Translations under genes and position numbers: made by a program
The notes under the pieces: model-generated
The model's input: the letters and a program-made list of their open reading frames with translations, nothing else
The model's database searches: none
What the model was told of the DNA's origin: nothing
NCBI GenBank assembly: GCA_029862165.1
Contig: JAOTXU010000009.1
Location: 65,497-129,496 of the forward strand
Reading direction: 5' to 3'
From: Gammaproteobacteria bacterium
GTDB taxonomy: Bacteria; Pseudomonadota; Gammaproteobacteria; Steroidobacterales; JABDKV01
DNA length: 64,000 nt
In this document: in pieces, positions 48,548-57,225 of the stretch
Numbering within the stretch: position 1 is the stretch's first letter
Layout of the letters: each line of letters begins with the position of its first letter

Positions 48548-49768
48548 TCAGCCGCCAAAGAGTGAGCGTACTTTGGCCGGTTTCAGGCCAAATTCTTCCA
48601 GCGTATATCGATGACGACCATGTTTGTCCTGCGGGTTGGCCGACAGAAACAGCCGCATGTTTTGCTCGGCCTCATCTGTCAGGCGCATCATGAGACCCGA
48701 ATAAAGTGTGCGAACCGCTTGAATCGGATCGGCAACCAGCGTCTCGTAGTCCAGATCCACCACGGCGTGACCTGTCCTGAATTGATTTGCGCGTTGCCAG
48801 CCCTCGGCCCACCATTTCACCCAGTAATCTGCGACCGCTGCGATGTCGACTACATCGCTGAATGCTGAACGCAGTATTACGCCATGACTCGCTATCGATG
48901 CCGCGACTTTCAGCGGGTCTCGTTGGGTAAAAACAAACCGTGCATCGGGATAGACCTTTGCCAATGCAGCTAATGTGTACAGATGTGCTGGTGCCTTGAG
49001 ACACCAGCGGCCAGCTTCGCCATGGATCTGCAGGTGCTGTAAAAACACTTTGTGATAATGCATTGCAGCGAGCCCATCCTGCTTGTCCAGCCACTTCTGG
49101 TAGGACGGAACATTAAACGTCGTGTGAAATTCGACACTGGCAAATTCATGTGCGGTTATCGCGATGCATTCCTGTGGCAACTCCGCACCGTTCGGGTGCA
49201 CCGTACGAAAACGTGGTGCTAACCGGTCTACCCATTTCAACATACTGTCGGTGCGCTCTATGCGACGCCGGTCATGGGCTCGTTTTTGGCCGGGCAGCGG
49301 ACACGGCAGCATGACTTCCCAGGTCCACGGCACCCGTATCGCCGGGTCTTGTGCCAACAGGCCGTGCAATAAGGTGCTGCCGGAGCGGGGCAGCCCACTG
49401 ATAATCACCGGTGCCGGGATAGTTTGTTGAGCTATGCGTACATCGCTTGAACGAGCGGCCTGTACCTGCAGCCGGTTAACCAACAGCTGGGTCAGGTGAG
49501 AACGCGCCGACATGCGTCCAACAAAATTTAGTTCTGCCTCATCTTCCAGCGATTCACATAGCCTGAAAAAACCATCACGCCAACTGTCCAGCCCGAAGTC
49601 CGACAGATTCGTTTTTTGTACCGCTTTCTTGGTAAGTCCATCCGGATTCAGCGATCCGCCAAGCCCGGGCAAGTGCCCTGCGAGGTTCGCCATACGCAGA
49701 TAAAACGGACGGTGCTGATATTTGTTGCGGGTCATGCTCGCGTTGGTTAGGGTTGCCAGCGGTCTCAT
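48548..49768 (-). CDS. Sulfotransferase family protein with ~190-aa N-terminal extension
   Basis: PAPS 5'-phosphosulfate-binding loop GLPRSGSTLLHGLL. The start is uncertain (ATG at 49768 or 49735; the longer ORF would overlap the hpnG start). Confidence 0.7.
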   Translation of the reverse strand: MRPLATLTNASMTRNKYQHRPFYLRMANLAGHLPGLGGSLNPDGLTKKAVQKTNLSDFGLDSWRDGFFRLCESLEDEAELNFVGRMSARSHLTQLLVNRLQVQAARSSDVRIAQQTIPAPVIISGLPRSGSTLLHGLLAQDPAIRVPWTWEVMLPCPLPGQKRAHDRRRIERTDSMLKWVDRLAPRFRTVHPNGAELPQECIAITAHEFASVEFHTTFNVPSYQKWLDKQDGLAAMHYHKVFLQHLQIHGEAGRWCLKAPAHLYTLAALAKVYPDARFVFTQRDPLKVAASIASHGVILRSAFSDVVDIAAVADYWVKWWAEGWQRANQFRTGHAVVDLDYETLVADPIQAVRTLYSGLMMRLTDEAEQNMRLFLSANPQDKHGRHRYTLEEFGLKPAKVRSLFGG

Positions 49769-49789
49769 GAGTTTAGCCCGGATACGCCG

Positions 49790-50524
49790 ATGACTCTCGA
49801 TAAACTGCGGAATAAGGCGTCCGAACGTGTAGGTGTAATTGCAGCGATGCCGGTCGAGGCCCGAGCGCTGGGTGCGAGCGAACCATTCAATCAAATCCTC
49901 GAACTCACAAGCAACACTTATGCGTACGTGTGCGGCGCCGGGCCGGATAACGCACGTCGTGCTATGCAAGAACTGCTCACTATGAATGTCGCCGGTGTCG
50001 TGAGCTGGGGTACAGCCGGTGGTTTGACACCGAACCTGGTACCCGGTACCGCGTTATTGAGCAAGAAGGTTATATGTGCCGATTCGGCCTATGAGACTGA
50101 TGGCTATTGGGCAGGACGTCTGCGGGATCACTTTAACTCGATTTTGACAATCAATGATGAGGCGATCTACTCGAGCGGCCAGCTTGTTTCCGGTATGGCC
50201 GAGAAAAAAAGATTGGCTAACGAGACCGGCGCGGTCGCCGTTGATATGGAGTCTGGTGCAATTGCAAAGACCGCCGTTGCAGCGGGTGTGCCTTTTGTTT
50301 GCGTGCGCGCAGTCGCCGATCCTTTTGACTTTAGCTTACCCGGCGCACTGAGCAGTGCGCTTGACGAAAAGGGTTTCCCGACAATCAACGGGGCACTGCA
50401 GGGCTTGCTCCGCCGGCCCGCCGATATTGTCCCGATGTTGCGGCTGGCAGTGTATTTCCGCAAGGCGACCAGGACACTGACCGTCATGTCCCGTGTTGCC
50501 GGTCCAGGTCTGCTCGGGCCTTGA
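49790..50524 (+). CDS. hpnG: Hopanoid-associated nucleoside phosphorylase/nucleosidase (HpnG-like)
   Basis: PNP/MTAN family pattern (GVIAAMPVEA..., DMESGAIA). It is the first gene of the hpn operon. Confidence 0.7.
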   Translation: MTLDKLRNKASERVGVIAAMPVEARALGASEPFNQILELTSNTYAYVCGAGPDNARRAMQELLTMNVAGVVSWGTAGGLTPNLVPGTALLSKKVICADSAYETDGYWAGRLRDHFNSILTINDEAIYSSGQLVSGMAEKKRLANETGAVAVDMESGAIAKTAVAAGVPFVCVRAVADPFDFSLPGALSSALDEKGFPTINGALQGLLRRPADIVPMLRLAVYFRKATRTLTVMSRVAGPGLLGP

Positions 50525-53064
50525 ATCACACGGCATATATCGACACGCCGGGGCGGTTGGTCCGTCGTTGGGTCGCGTTAGTCATTCGTTTTGCGCCAAT
50601 AATCGTGGTGCTGGCAGTTTTGTCGATTGCGCCGATGGCGTGGTTTGTTGCGACCCACTTAGGCATCAATACGAGCACGGCTGACATGATTGCCAAACGC
50701 CTGCCATGGCGACAAGCGTTTAGTGATTACCGTGCGGCGTTTCCACAACTAGATCACAACCTCGTTGCGGTGATCGATGCGCCGGACGCAGATCACGCTG
50801 ATGATGCCCGCGATGCGCTCTACATGGCGATGGCAGCGCGTGACGACTTATTCCATGAAGTGTTTGCACCCGGTAGCGACGTGTTTTTTCGTCAAAATGC
50901 ATTCTTATACTTGAGTTCCGAGCAGTTGGCGGACCTGGCTGACCGATTAGCCCAGGTTCAGCCCTTTCTTGCACAATTGGCTGACGACCCGACCACGGCC
51001 GGTTTGTTCAATGCCATTGCTCGCGGATTGGCTGCGGACGGCACCGACATTGATGTCTCGTTGCTGTTGACCAGAATTGCCGACGTCGTCGAAGCGCTCA
51101 ACAACGATAAAGAACACTCGCTTTCATGGCAGGCATTGATGAGCGACGAAGCACCATTACCCGCCCGCCGTGTCGTCGTTTTCCGTCCGAGGATGGATTT
51201 CGCAAGACTGCATCCGGCACAGGATGCTGTGGCAGCAATCCGTGAGCAGCAACAGATTATTTCCGCAGCGCTGCCATTAGACGCAAAGATTCGGCTTACC
51301 GGGCCGGTTGCGTTGGAGTACGAAGAATTGAGCAGTGTTTCGCGTGGCGCCCGGACGGCAGGCTTACTCGCACTGGTCATGGTGCTGGTGATTTTGTACT
51401 TCGCGATGCGTTCTGTATGGCTCGTATGTGCCACATTGTTGACACTCATCACTGGTTTGCTGGCCACAGCTGTTTTTGCAGCGCTCGCGATTGGTTCACT
51501 CAATCTCATCTCCATTGCGTTTACTGTCTTGTACATCGGCTTAGGCGTTGATTTTGCGATTCACTATAGTCTGCGTTTCCGGGAAGCACTGGCCGCAGGG
51601 GCCAGCACAGACGATGCGTTAATAGACAGCGCAGGTGATGTCGGAGCCTCGTTGGTGCTGTGTGCCGTCACGACATCAATCGGATTTTTTGCGTTTTTCC
51701 CGACGACTTTTCGTGGCGTGTCGGAGCTGGGAATTATTTCCGGCACGGGCATGTACATCAGTCTCATCGTGACCCTGACTTTGTTGCCTGCATTGCTCAA
51801 GGTGCTTCCCAAATCACAGAGTTTTGCATCGGCCGTCTCGCTAACGGGCCATATGCAACGCATTAGCCGCAGCCGTTTGCTTTTGCCGGCGGCTGCCGTA
51901 CTTAGCATTGCAGCGCTGGCAGCACTGCCGTACGCAGGCTTTGACAGCGATCCGATCAACCTGCGTGACGCTACCAGTGAATCGGTCGCCACCTATTACG
52001 ATTTGCTGGACGATCCACAATACTCACCGCGCTCATTATCAGTTATCGCTAACGACGCCAGTGATGTGACGCGCATACGTGCCGAGTTAAGCAATCTAGA
52101 CACCGTCAAATCCCTGTCCTCAATCGGCGATTTTGTGCCGACCGAGCAACCCGACAAGTTGGCGTTGATCGAAGAGATTGCATTAATAATGGGGCCGGAT
52201 TTATCGGTTACAGATACTTCTGTCGATACCGGCCGCGATCGTGCAGCGATTTCCAAGCTGTCGGATGTCCTGCAAAACGAGAAGTCGCAGCAAGCCGCTC
52301 GCCTGGCACGGGCGCTGGACGGTTTTCTGCCAAATGCTGCTACCGGGACCGACCCACGGTTAACGCTACTGAACCGAATGCTCGTCGGCACCTTGCCGGG
52401 GCGTTTGTCTGCGCTCAATGATGCATTGAGCGCCGACCGGGTTGCCCTCGAGGATTTGCCGACTGCCTTGCGTGACCGCTGGATTAGCGCGGATGGTCGC
52501 CGCCGTGTCGAGATACAGACCGATGTCGCAAAGACGGAGTTTGTCGATTCAGTACGTGCTGTGATACCTGCTGCGACGGGTCTGCCGGTTTTACAACGTG
52601 AGGGCGGCCGTGCCGTAGTGGGCGCGTTTCGGCAGGCATTCATCACCGCCTTCGTATTGATCTCGCTAATATTGCTTGTGTTGCTGCGCAATGCCCGCCA
52701 GGTTGTCGTCGTTCTGGTGCCATTGATCGCAGCGGGTCTGGGTACGGTCGCAGTCATGGTGTTAGTGGATCAGCCGTTCAATTTCGCCAACGTTATAGCT
52801 TTACCGTTGTTGCTCGGGGTTGGTGTGGACAATGGAATTCACATGGTGCATCGCTGGCGCAGTGGTGCTGTTGACCTGCTGGCCAGCAGTACCTCGCGTG
52901 CGATTTTTTTTAGTGCGCTGACTACCATTGCGAGTTTCGGTAATCTGGCGTTTTCCAGTCACCCGGGCAGCGCGAGTATGGGCAGGGTGCTCACTATCGG
53001 CATGATTCTGACAACGGCATTCAGCGTTTTGCTCATTCCTGCATTGCTGGATCGGCAACGATGA
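50521..53064 (+). CDS. hpnN: Hopanoid-associated RND/MMPL transporter (HpnN-like)
   Basis: 847 aa with two 6-TM bundles and two periplasmic loops (MMPL architecture). TTGA overlap with hpnG. Confidence 0.8.
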   Translation: MNHTAYIDTPGRLVRRWVALVIRFAPIIVVLAVLSIAPMAWFVATHLGINTSTADMIAKRLPWRQAFSDYRAAFPQLDHNLVAVIDAPDADHADDARDALYMAMAARDDLFHEVFAPGSDVFFRQNAFLYLSSEQLADLADRLAQVQPFLAQLADDPTTAGLFNAIARGLAADGTDIDVSLLLTRIADVVEALNNDKEHSLSWQALMSDEAPLPARRVVVFRPRMDFARLHPAQDAVAAIREQQQIISAALPLDAKIRLTGPVALEYEELSSVSRGARTAGLLALVMVLVILYFAMRSVWLVCATLLTLITGLLATAVFAALAIGSLNLISIAFTVLYIGLGVDFAIHYSLRFREALAAGASTDDALIDSAGDVGASLVLCAVTTSIGFFAFFPTTFRGVSELGIISGTGMYISLIVTLTLLPALLKVLPKSQSFASAVSLTGHMQRISRSRLLLPAAAVLSIAALAALPYAGFDSDPINLRDATSESVATYYDLLDDPQYSPRSLSVIANDASDVTRIRAELSNLDTVKSLSSIGDFVPTEQPDKLALIEEIALIMGPDLSVTDTSVDTGRDRAAISKLSDVLQNEKSQQAARLARALDGFLPNAATGTDPRLTLLNRMLVGTLPGRLSALNDALSADRVALEDLPTALRDRWISADGRRRVEIQTDVAKTEFVDSVRAVIPAATGLPVLQREGGRAVVGAFRQAFITAFVLISLILLVLLRNARQVVVVLVPLIAAGLGTVAVMVLVDQPFNFANVIALPLLLGVGVDNGIHMVHRWRSGAVDLLASSTSRAIFFSALTTIASFGNLAFSSHPGSASMGRVLTIGMILTTAFSVLLIPALLDRQR

Positions 53065-54047
53065 GAGCGCTGGTTACCGGCGCGACAGGTTTTATCGGTT
53101 CTGCGGTGGCGCGTGCCCTGATAAATGCCGGCCACCAGGTTCGCGTCTTGGCACGCCCGTCCAGCGATCACGCGAATCTTGCCGGAATAGACGTGGAAAT
53201 CGTTCAGGGCGACCTAATCGATGCCGGCTCGATGTTGCACGCGGTCGTCGGGATGGACATCGTGTTTCATGTCGCAGCCGATTACCGACTTTGGGTGCCC
53301 GACCCGGATGTGCTTTATCAGATCAACGTACATGGCACGCGCTCTTTGCTCGAAGCTGCACAACTTGCTGATGTAAAACGCGTCGTGTACACCAGTAGTG
53401 TTGCGACACTTGGAATCAATGACGATGGCACGTCATCAGACGAAACAACAGCGGTGTCAGTGGCCGACATGATCGGTCACTACAAACGCTCCAAATTTCT
53501 GGCGGAGGAACTTGCGTTTGAGGCTGCGGCCGGTGGACAGGACGTTGTAGTCGTCAATCCCTCTGCGCCGGTCGGGCCAAGGGACATCAAGCCCACACCG
53601 ACAGGGAAAATGATCGTCGATGCCGCCGCGGGTCGAATGCCGGCCTATGTCGATAGTGGATTGAACATCGTACATGTCGATGATGTGGCACAGGGCCATC
53701 TGTTGGCTGCAATGAGTGGTCGTTCCGGCCGCCACTACGTGCTCGGGTGTGAGAACATGACTTTGGCAGAGATTTTCTCCACGGTGGCAGCAATGACCGG
53801 CGTTCGTGCACCAAAAATCAAGTTACCGGTATCTTTGCTATTGCCGGTTGCTCACGTCGCCGAAGCTGTGGCAGGCATAACCCACAAAGCGCCGATGGTG
53901 ACGGTAGATGGCGTAAAGCTCGCCCGCAAGCACATGTATTTTTCCAGTCAACGCGCAATCGATGAATTGGGTTACCAGCCCAGACCAGCTATGGAGGCGT
54001 TAAGAGACGCAGTGGACTGGTTTTCGGAAAACGGATACTTGCAGTGA
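53061..54047 (+). CDS. hpnA: Hopanoid-associated NAD-dependent sugar epimerase (HpnA-like)
   Basis: MRALVTGATGFIGSAVARAL..GH.VRVL.RP.SD..NL.G.DVEIV.GDL and FHVAADYRLW, which is the HpnA-type SDR pattern. ATGA overlap with hpnN. Confidence 0.8.
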   Translation: MRALVTGATGFIGSAVARALINAGHQVRVLARPSSDHANLAGIDVEIVQGDLIDAGSMLHAVVGMDIVFHVAADYRLWVPDPDVLYQINVHGTRSLLEAAQLADVKRVVYTSSVATLGINDDGTSSDETTAVSVADMIGHYKRSKFLAEELAFEAAAGGQDVVVVNPSAPVGPRDIKPTPTGKMIVDAAAGRMPAYVDSGLNIVHVDDVAQGHLLAAMSGRSGRHYVLGCENMTLAEIFSTVAAMTGVRAPKIKLPVSLLLPVAHVAEAVAGITHKAPMVTVDGVKLARKHMYFSSQRAIDELGYQPRPAMEALRDAVDWFSENGYLQ

Positions 54048-55021
54048 AACAAGCGACAGCACTCGCGCATCCCAATATTGCTCTGGTGAAATACTGGGGC
54101 AAACGTGACACTGCATTGAATCTACCCGCGGTGGGTTCGATCTCTATCACGCTCGACACTTTGCATACCAAAACGAAAGTGCGTTTTGATGAAACCCTGG
54201 ACAGTGATGTTTTTTTGCTCGACGGCGCAAGCAACGCCGGTGAGACACGCCGCGTGGTCGATTGTCTGAGCCTGTTGCGCGAGATCGCGGGCGTACAAAC
54301 GCATGCCGAAGTGCGCAGCGAAAACAGTTTTCCTACAGGTTCCGGTCTGGCATCTTCGGCATCGGGCTTTGCTGCCCTGGTTGTGGCTGCCGACGCGGCC
54401 CTGGATCTCGGGCTGGATCAAAGCCGGTTGTCAGAACTGGCACGTCGTGGTTCCGGTTCAGCGGCACGTTCCGTACTCGGTGGTTTTGTCGAGTTGCATC
54501 ATGGCGAGTGGGAAGACGGTGCTGATTGCATCGCTACATCTTTGTTGGATGCTGCTGAGTGGCCACTGGCGGTCACCGTTGGTGTGATATCGCGCAAGGC
54601 AAAAAAAGTCGGCTCGACAGCAGGTATGGAACTGACGCGCGAAACGTCATCCTATTATTCGGCATGGGTGGATGGTGCCGAAGCTGATCTGTTGGCAGCA
54701 AGAGTTGCGATTGTTGAACGCGACTTTCAGAAACTGGCTGACGTAAGTGAGCTGAGTTGCTTGAAGATGCATGCGCTGGCGATGTCGTCACAACCGGGGT
54801 TGATGTACTGGCATGGCGCCACGGTGGAGGGCATCCACCGCATTCGACAGTTGCGTCGTGGCGGACATGCGGTGTTTTTCACCATCGACGCCGGTCCGCA
54901 ACTCAAAGTGATTTCAACGCCAGAGGCCGTGGCAACAGTGACCGACGCCTTAAGCGATATTTCGGGCGTGCAGGACGTTTTGCTTACCGGTTTGGGCGAG
55001 GGAGCACGAGTCGTTGACTAG
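54044..55021 (+). CDS. mvaD: Diphosphomevalonate decarboxylase
   Basis: NIALVKYWGKRD, SFPTGSGLASSASGFAAL and ARRGSGSAARS motifs. GTGA overlap with hpnA. Confidence 0.9.
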   Translation: MKQATALAHPNIALVKYWGKRDTALNLPAVGSISITLDTLHTKTKVRFDETLDSDVFLLDGASNAGETRRVVDCLSLLREIAGVQTHAEVRSENSFPTGSGLASSASGFAALVVAADAALDLGLDQSRLSELARRGSGSAARSVLGGFVELHHGEWEDGADCIATSLLDAAEWPLAVTVGVISRKAKKVGSTAGMELTRETSSYYSAWVDGAEADLLAARVAIVERDFQKLADVSELSCLKMHALAMSSQPGLMYWHGATVEGIHRIRQLRRGGHAVFFTIDAGPQLKVISTPEAVATVTDALSDISGVQDVLLTGLGEGARVVD

Positions 55022-55979
55022 CACGGCAACAGCACCCGGGAAGCTAATCCTGATTGGCGAGTTTGCCGTCTTAGAAGGCGCGCCCGCCATCGTGATGGCA
55101 ATCGACAGGCGGGCACAGGTGCGCGTTACATCGGCGCAAACAAACCTGGTGACGGCGCCAGAGATATGTGAGCGGGAAGTAAGCTTTAGTGTTGACGCGG
55201 ATCGCCGCGTTAGCTGGCTCGGCGTTGATCCTTCCCAGAGCGTTCGACTGGAAATACTGGCGCAGGTAATTGCGAGATATTGGTCCGGCACACCTGTGCA
55301 CATTGAAACCGATACCGCGGCATTTTTTGAAGACGGTATCAAAATGGGTTTTGGCTCCAGCGCGGCGCTGACAGTCGCGGCGTCCGCTGCACTGCGTCGC
55401 AAAGTTCCGGATTTGGCAGAGCTGATCGAAACACACAAGGTCGCGCAGGGCGGGCGTGGTAGCGGATTCGATATCGCGGCGAGTTTGAACGGTGGTGTCA
55501 TTAACTTCAGGTCACAACCGCCCGAGGCAACTCCGCTGAGTTTGCCGGATGGTTTGCATATGCGCTGTGTCTGGACTGGCCATGCCGCATCGACGTCGGC
55601 GTTTCTCCGTGGGCTGGATGCACTCGGCGAGCGACGCAACGCGATTGACGAGCTGGCCGGTAGCGCAAGATCCGCCGTTAGCGGCCTCGACAACAGTCCT
55701 GCGTCCTGGGTGCAGGCTGTACAGAATTATTCGAAGGCTTTGAAACGATTCGCGGCACAGACATCACTGCCGATTTTTTCCGGTGGCCACACCGAGATTG
55801 CGGAGGTCGCAAATGCTAACAATGTGGCTTATAAGCCCAGCGGTGCCGGGGGCGGAGATCTGGGTATTGCAGTCAGCATGGATGCCGCACCTCTGGAGTC
55901 GTTTAGCCGAGCGCTGAGCGCGACCGGCGTGCGGATCGTGCGACTGGTTGTGGACAAAAAGGGCCTAATCTTGAGTTAG
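55014..55979 (+). CDS. Phosphomevalonate kinase (GHMP family)
   Basis: TTG start overlapping the mvaD stop by 8 nt. APGKLILIGEFAVLEG, GFGSSAALTVA, GSGFDIAAS and KPSGAGGGDLGIA motifs. Confidence 0.8.
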   Translation: MTSTATAPGKLILIGEFAVLEGAPAIVMAIDRRAQVRVTSAQTNLVTAPEICEREVSFSVDADRRVSWLGVDPSQSVRLEILAQVIARYWSGTPVHIETDTAAFFEDGIKMGFGSSAALTVAASAALRRKVPDLAELIETHKVAQGGRGSGFDIAASLNGGVINFRSQPPEATPLSLPDGLHMRCVWTGHAASTSAFLRGLDALGERRNAIDELAGSARSAVSGLDNSPASWVQAVQNYSKALKRFAAQTSLPIFSGGHTEIAEVANANNVAYKPSGAGGGDLGIAVSMDAAPLESFSRALSATGVRIVRLVVDKKGLILS

Positions 55980-56012
55980 TTGAGGCCCAGGACTTTAAGC
56001 TATTATTGGCCG

Positions 56013-57134
56013 ATGTACGACGCTCAGACAGCCCGGCAAGACACCCCCGATACCACCCCGGTTGCCGTTGCCGCCGGTCCGCCGTCGCCCGAAGATATCG
56101 CTTTGCAAGATGAGCTGCTGCCCGGCGTTTCCAGAACTTTTGCATTGACCATCCCGCAGTTGCCGGAACCGTTGCGCGTGCCGGTGACCAATGCATATCT
56201 GTTATGCCGCATTGCCGACACTATCGAAGATGAACCAACTCTAACTCCGGCCGAGAAACGACAATTTCACAAGCAGTTTGTCGCCGCTGTACAGGGCAAG
56301 ACTTCGGCGACAGAATTTGCCAAATCACTGCACCCGCGTCTGTCTAAGACTACGCTTGCAGCGGAACGCGAACTCATATTGCATTCGCAGCAGGTGTTGC
56401 ACACGACGCGCGCATTACCGGCACGACAACGCGATTCGCTGGAACGTTGTATTTCGATCATGTGTGACGGCATGTCGCAGTTTCAGAATACGGAAGGACT
56501 CAGTGGTCTGGAAGACCTGCATGAGATGGAACGCTATTGTTATTTTGTTGCCGGTGTCGTGGGCGAAATGCTTACTGAATTGTTTTGTGATTATTCACCG
56601 GATATTGAGGCAACCCGCCCCGAGTTAATGAATCTCTCGGTTGCGTTTGGTCAGGGTCTGCAAATGACCAACATCCTCAAGGATATATGGGAGGACCGGA
56701 CTCGCGATGCGTGCTGGTTACCTCGCGATGTGTTTGAAGAGGTAGGTTGCGATCTCGGCAGCCTGGACCCAGAGTCGCGCAAGGGGTTTGGTGAAGCCCT
56801 CAATCAACTCATCGGAGTGGCGCATTTGCGATTGCGTAGCGCGCTTTCCTATACGCAGTTGATTCCCTCTGCCGAGACCGGGATACGCCGTTTTTGTTTG
56901 TGGGCTATAGGCATGGCCGTACTTACATTGCGCAAGATTCACCAGAACCCGGATTTTGTCGCCGGTGGCGAGGTCAAAATCTCCCGTCGCGCGGTTAAGT
57001 CAACTATCCTGGCTGCCAACCTCACAGCGCCCAGTAACGCAGCACTAAAAATGGCTTTCGATCTGGTCGCCCGCGGTCTACCGTTGGCCGACGGGGAGCA
57101 GTATCAGGCGATGAGCAACAGCCCCAACGGCTAG
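56013..57134 (+). CDS. sqs: Squalene synthase (farnesyl-diphosphate farnesyltransferase), single-enzyme Sqs type
   Basis: SRTFALTI, CRIADTIEDE (DTxED motif), YCYFVAGVVGEML and LQMTNILKDIWED. The start is ATG at 56013, or TTG at 55980 abutting the upstream stop. Confidence 0.8.
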   Translation: MYDAQTARQDTPDTTPVAVAAGPPSPEDIALQDELLPGVSRTFALTIPQLPEPLRVPVTNAYLLCRIADTIEDEPTLTPAEKRQFHKQFVAAVQGKTSATEFAKSLHPRLSKTTLAAERELILHSQQVLHTTRALPARQRDSLERCISIMCDGMSQFQNTEGLSGLEDLHEMERYCYFVAGVVGEMLTELFCDYSPDIEATRPELMNLSVAFGQGLQMTNILKDIWEDRTRDACWLPRDVFEEVGCDLGSLDPESRKGFGEALNQLIGVAHLRLRSALSYTQLIPSAETGIRRFCLWAIGMAVLTLRKIHQNPDFVAGGEVKISRRAVKSTILAANLTAPSNAALKMAFDLVARGLPLADGEQYQAMSNSPNG

Positions 57135-57225
57135 AAAGCAATATTGCCGGGATGCATCACAGGATCGGAATCGTCATAATAGCCAGCCGCCCGGCCGGCT
57201 AGTCCCCAAACTCAGGTACAGCGTA

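Noticed and set aside
50958-52757. Long antisense ORFs inside hpnN (50958..51536, 51564..51992, 51996..52757)
   Set aside because: These are Ala/Arg/Ser-rich shadow ORFs on the strand opposite a well-supported 847-aa transporter gene, as is typical in GC-rich coding DNA.
54950-55693. 247-aa antisense ORF overlapping the phosphomevalonate kinase gene
   Set aside because: It is a shadow ORF with low-complexity Ala/Ser/Arg composition. The sense strand carries clear GHMP kinase motifs.
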